NCBI RefSeq assembly: GCF_009914755.1
Contig: NC_060946.1
Source: the human T2T-CHM13v2.0 reference genome, Homo sapiens
Reading direction: 5' to 3' (one strand)
DNA: 64,000 nucleotides
A program made the position numbers and the translations under genes. Positions 61,495 through 64,000 of this stretch are shown here, one piece after another. Within the stretch, counting starts at the first letter, position 1, and every line of letters begins with the position of its first letter. The notes under the pieces are model-generated. The model did no database searches. It was not told where the DNA came from and saw only the letters and a list, made by a program, of their open reading frames with translations.

Positions 61495-62459
61495 GGTGAG
61501 AACTAGGATCCCTTCCCCACTAAGAATTGTTCAGGGCCCTGCACCCCAGAGGAAGAACCTATTTCCTTTCTTTCCCCTGGATCCACTGCTCACCTTTTCT
61601 TCTGCCTACAATCCTAGAAGTTCAAAATCTTCCAGGAAGAATTCTCCAAGTTTGTCCTTGCTTCATCTCCACCAACCTGAGTCAGCGAGTTTTTCAACCT
61701 TGCTATTTGTACCCATGTCCAGGTTGTTAATATATATACATGCACTGTGTGCTGCTGGTCCCTGAGTGCTGGAGGGCATGAAAATATTAACTTCTGTTCA
61801 TGCAGAGAATTTGCTATTAACTCCAATGCTTCCTTTTTAAAAAAAATTTATTCACAGAAACCTGACAAGATCTTTACAGCTTTCTCCAGCTTATCAACCC
61901 GATTCAAATATCATAGAGGTTATTTTACCTTTCTTCACCCTATACTTGCAAGATTGTTTTAAATAGATTTTTCTCTGATTAAAAATAAATCACTCTCATG
62001 GTAGAATGTTTGGAAAGATCAGGAAAATCTAAAGAAGAAAATAATTCCTCAAATCTTAACTCCCTGAAGCCCTTATTCTCATCCTTTTTGGATTTATGAT
62101 TCCAGTCTTTTTTCTTTTGGTACATTTTTTACAGATTTAGAATATTCAATATTCACAATATTGTTTGTATCTTTTCTTCTCAATTTACTAACTCTGTTCC
62201 CACTTCAAGGTACTGTTCATTCTCAGCTCGCCTTTGAAATAACCTGCTGACCCCAAGCAGAACAGAAGATAAGCACTAGGCTTGTCCCACCTCAGACTGA
62301 ACGGGAACTTGCTTGACTCATTGGTGGGTTTATATATGGGGCAATGGAAGGCAAAACACCAGAGAGTGGACACATTAGGATGAAATGTGTATGTTGTGTT
62401 AGAGTCTCTGCAACTTGACTTACTAGTTTCGTGATGCTGGAAAACGTTTTCTAAATATT

Positions 62460-62590
62460 CCACATCTCAGTTTCTTCTATTGTAAAATAGGGATAATTAC
62501 ATCAACCTCTGCAAGTGTGGTGTAGATTAAAAGACTCAATGCTCATAGCTTCCTCAGCCACATAGTACACACTCAGTTAATGGTGATTCA
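62460..62590 (+). mobile_element. MIR
   Basis: tctcagtttcttctattgtaaaatagggataat. Confidence 0.65.
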
Positions 62591-62639
62591 ATAACTTTCT
62601 TTATCTGTATAAGACATCTGAGTTTTCCTACGATGGACC

Positions 62640-63200
62640 CATTCCCCTTCTCTTTATTACAGTGTCCAATATTTTAGGAAAGCACTTCCAGCCTACTCAG
62701 TCATTGTGTCATAGGTAGCTGATATAACCCCTAGCCCCAGGGAAAGGTACCTACTCCCAGCTCAGTCACTGATAACATGATCTCTCTTTTACCACGATTG
62801 GTTCAGGATGGGCCTGTAACCCAATCTGAAAATCAGTGAGATACAGTTATAGAACTTCTGTATGACTTCTGGAACAGAGAATTTCTCTTTCTATTTGCCT
62901 AGAAGCTTGGATCATGTAAGCATGGAGCTTCCAGGAGCTTCTGCACTCTGGCCCTGCTGCTTCTACCAGTGTGGTGAGGACATGGCTGATAATTAAGCAA
63001 ATGCAATAAAGACCAGAGTTAAGGCATAGAAACTGATCCTGTCAACATTGTCTGACTAACTGGATCTAGCCTTACTTAAAACTAAATACAAATCTTTTCC
63101 TTTGAATGAACCACAAACAGCCACTCCTCGACCCCTTTTTAAATGCTGGCTTGAGTTGGGCTGTATTATTTGCAATCAAAAGAGATTTGATCAAGACACT
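62640..63200 (+). mobile_element. Old MLT1 LTR
   Basis: gattggttcaggatgggcctgtaacccaa...ttgagttgggctgtattatttgcaatcaaaaga. Confidence 0.6.
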
Positions 63201-63629
63201 TTTCTGGCTTCTACTTTTCAAAATTTGAAGGTTCTATGAATCCTTCCTCAGAGCACATTAATTTGTGTCAAGAATGGTCCATTCAGGTGCATTAGGGCCA
63301 AGCGGTTAATATTTACTGAGAGTACCTTCCAGCCTGGGGCTGGATGCAAATCTTCACCAAAATGGAGACAGACACACAGGGTGCTTGAAAAAGCACAATG
63401 TGAATTAACATCAGCCACCCTGTACTGCTTGATCTGAAGGCTGAGGTAGCAAAAGTTAATGAAGACCAACATGTAGTTTGACTTCTCTTACTATTTATTC
63501 CTAACTAGTATTGAAGGAATCTTTTTATTTTTTTAAATCACGTATTCTTTTTCAATTCTAAATCTTTCCCTTTCTCTCTCTTTTGCTTTAAGGAAACCCA
63601 GCTACTATGCACACCTCTTCTGTTTCACT

Positions 63630-64000
63630 CTTTTTATTATTGTGGTAAGGACATTTAACATGAAATCTAGCCTTTTAACAAATTTTTAAATGGACAAGAT
63701 CATATCATTACCTACAGGCATGATGTTGTACAGCAGATCTCTGGAACATAGTCATCTTGCAAAACTGAAACTGAATCTGTTGAATAGCAATTACCTATTT
63801 CCTTTTTCTTCTAGACTCTGGAAACCAAAATTCTACTTTATGGTACTATAAATTTGACTATTTTGGATATTTCATATAAGTGGAAAAATGCAATATTTGC
63901 TCTTCTGTGACTGGCTTATTTCACTTAGCATAATGTCTTCCAGGTTCATCCACATTGATGAATATTGCAGGGTTTCTTCTTTTTCAAGGCTGAACAATAT
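63630..64000 (-). mobile_element. L1MA/MB 3' end, cut by window edge
   Basis: atgttgtacagcagatctctggaac...ggcttatttcacttagcataatgtcttccaggttcatcca. Confidence 0.9.

Noticed and set aside
62310-62345. Core promoter (AP-1, inverted CCAAT, TATA-like)
   Set aside because: Spacing and order do not fit a Pol II promoter on either strand; short motifs are expected by chance

Overview
Primate genomic DNA, very probably human given a young AluYg6-like insertion. It is AT-rich, CpG-depleted and has no CpG island. More than half of the window is recognisable interspersed repeat: about 25 Alus, fragments of L1PA/L1PB/L1MA/L1MC/L1ME and HAL1-like LINEs, L2 and MIR, MaLR/ERVL solo LTRs (THE1A, MST, MLT1, MLT2, LTR47-like) and hAT fossils (MER5, MER53, MER58, MER94), plus microsatellites. 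I find no credible protein-coding gene. The supplied ORFs are Alu-, L1- or microsatellite-derived, or short chance ORFs, and only decayed L1 ORF2 fragments resemble a known protein. I cannot place the locus. Repeat subfamily names come from recalled consensus sequences, not from a search, and boundaries without a target-site duplication (TSD) are approximate. The sequence does not by itself establish a new biological system. Best leads: (1) an ERVL-type solo LTR carrying a 42-43 bp hairpin-forming minisatellite with a 4-unit higher-order structure, CRISPR-like in appearance but not CRISPR; (2) co-oriented minus-strand splice signals suggesting a spliced non-coding transcript, namely a 24-nt microexon candidate, a 119-nt non-coding exon candidate and a recursive-splice-type AG|GT site; (3) a young, internally deleted AluYg6-like element; (4) a repeat-free block rich in homeodomain/Sox/Oct/TCF motifs at about 23.0-23.6 kb.
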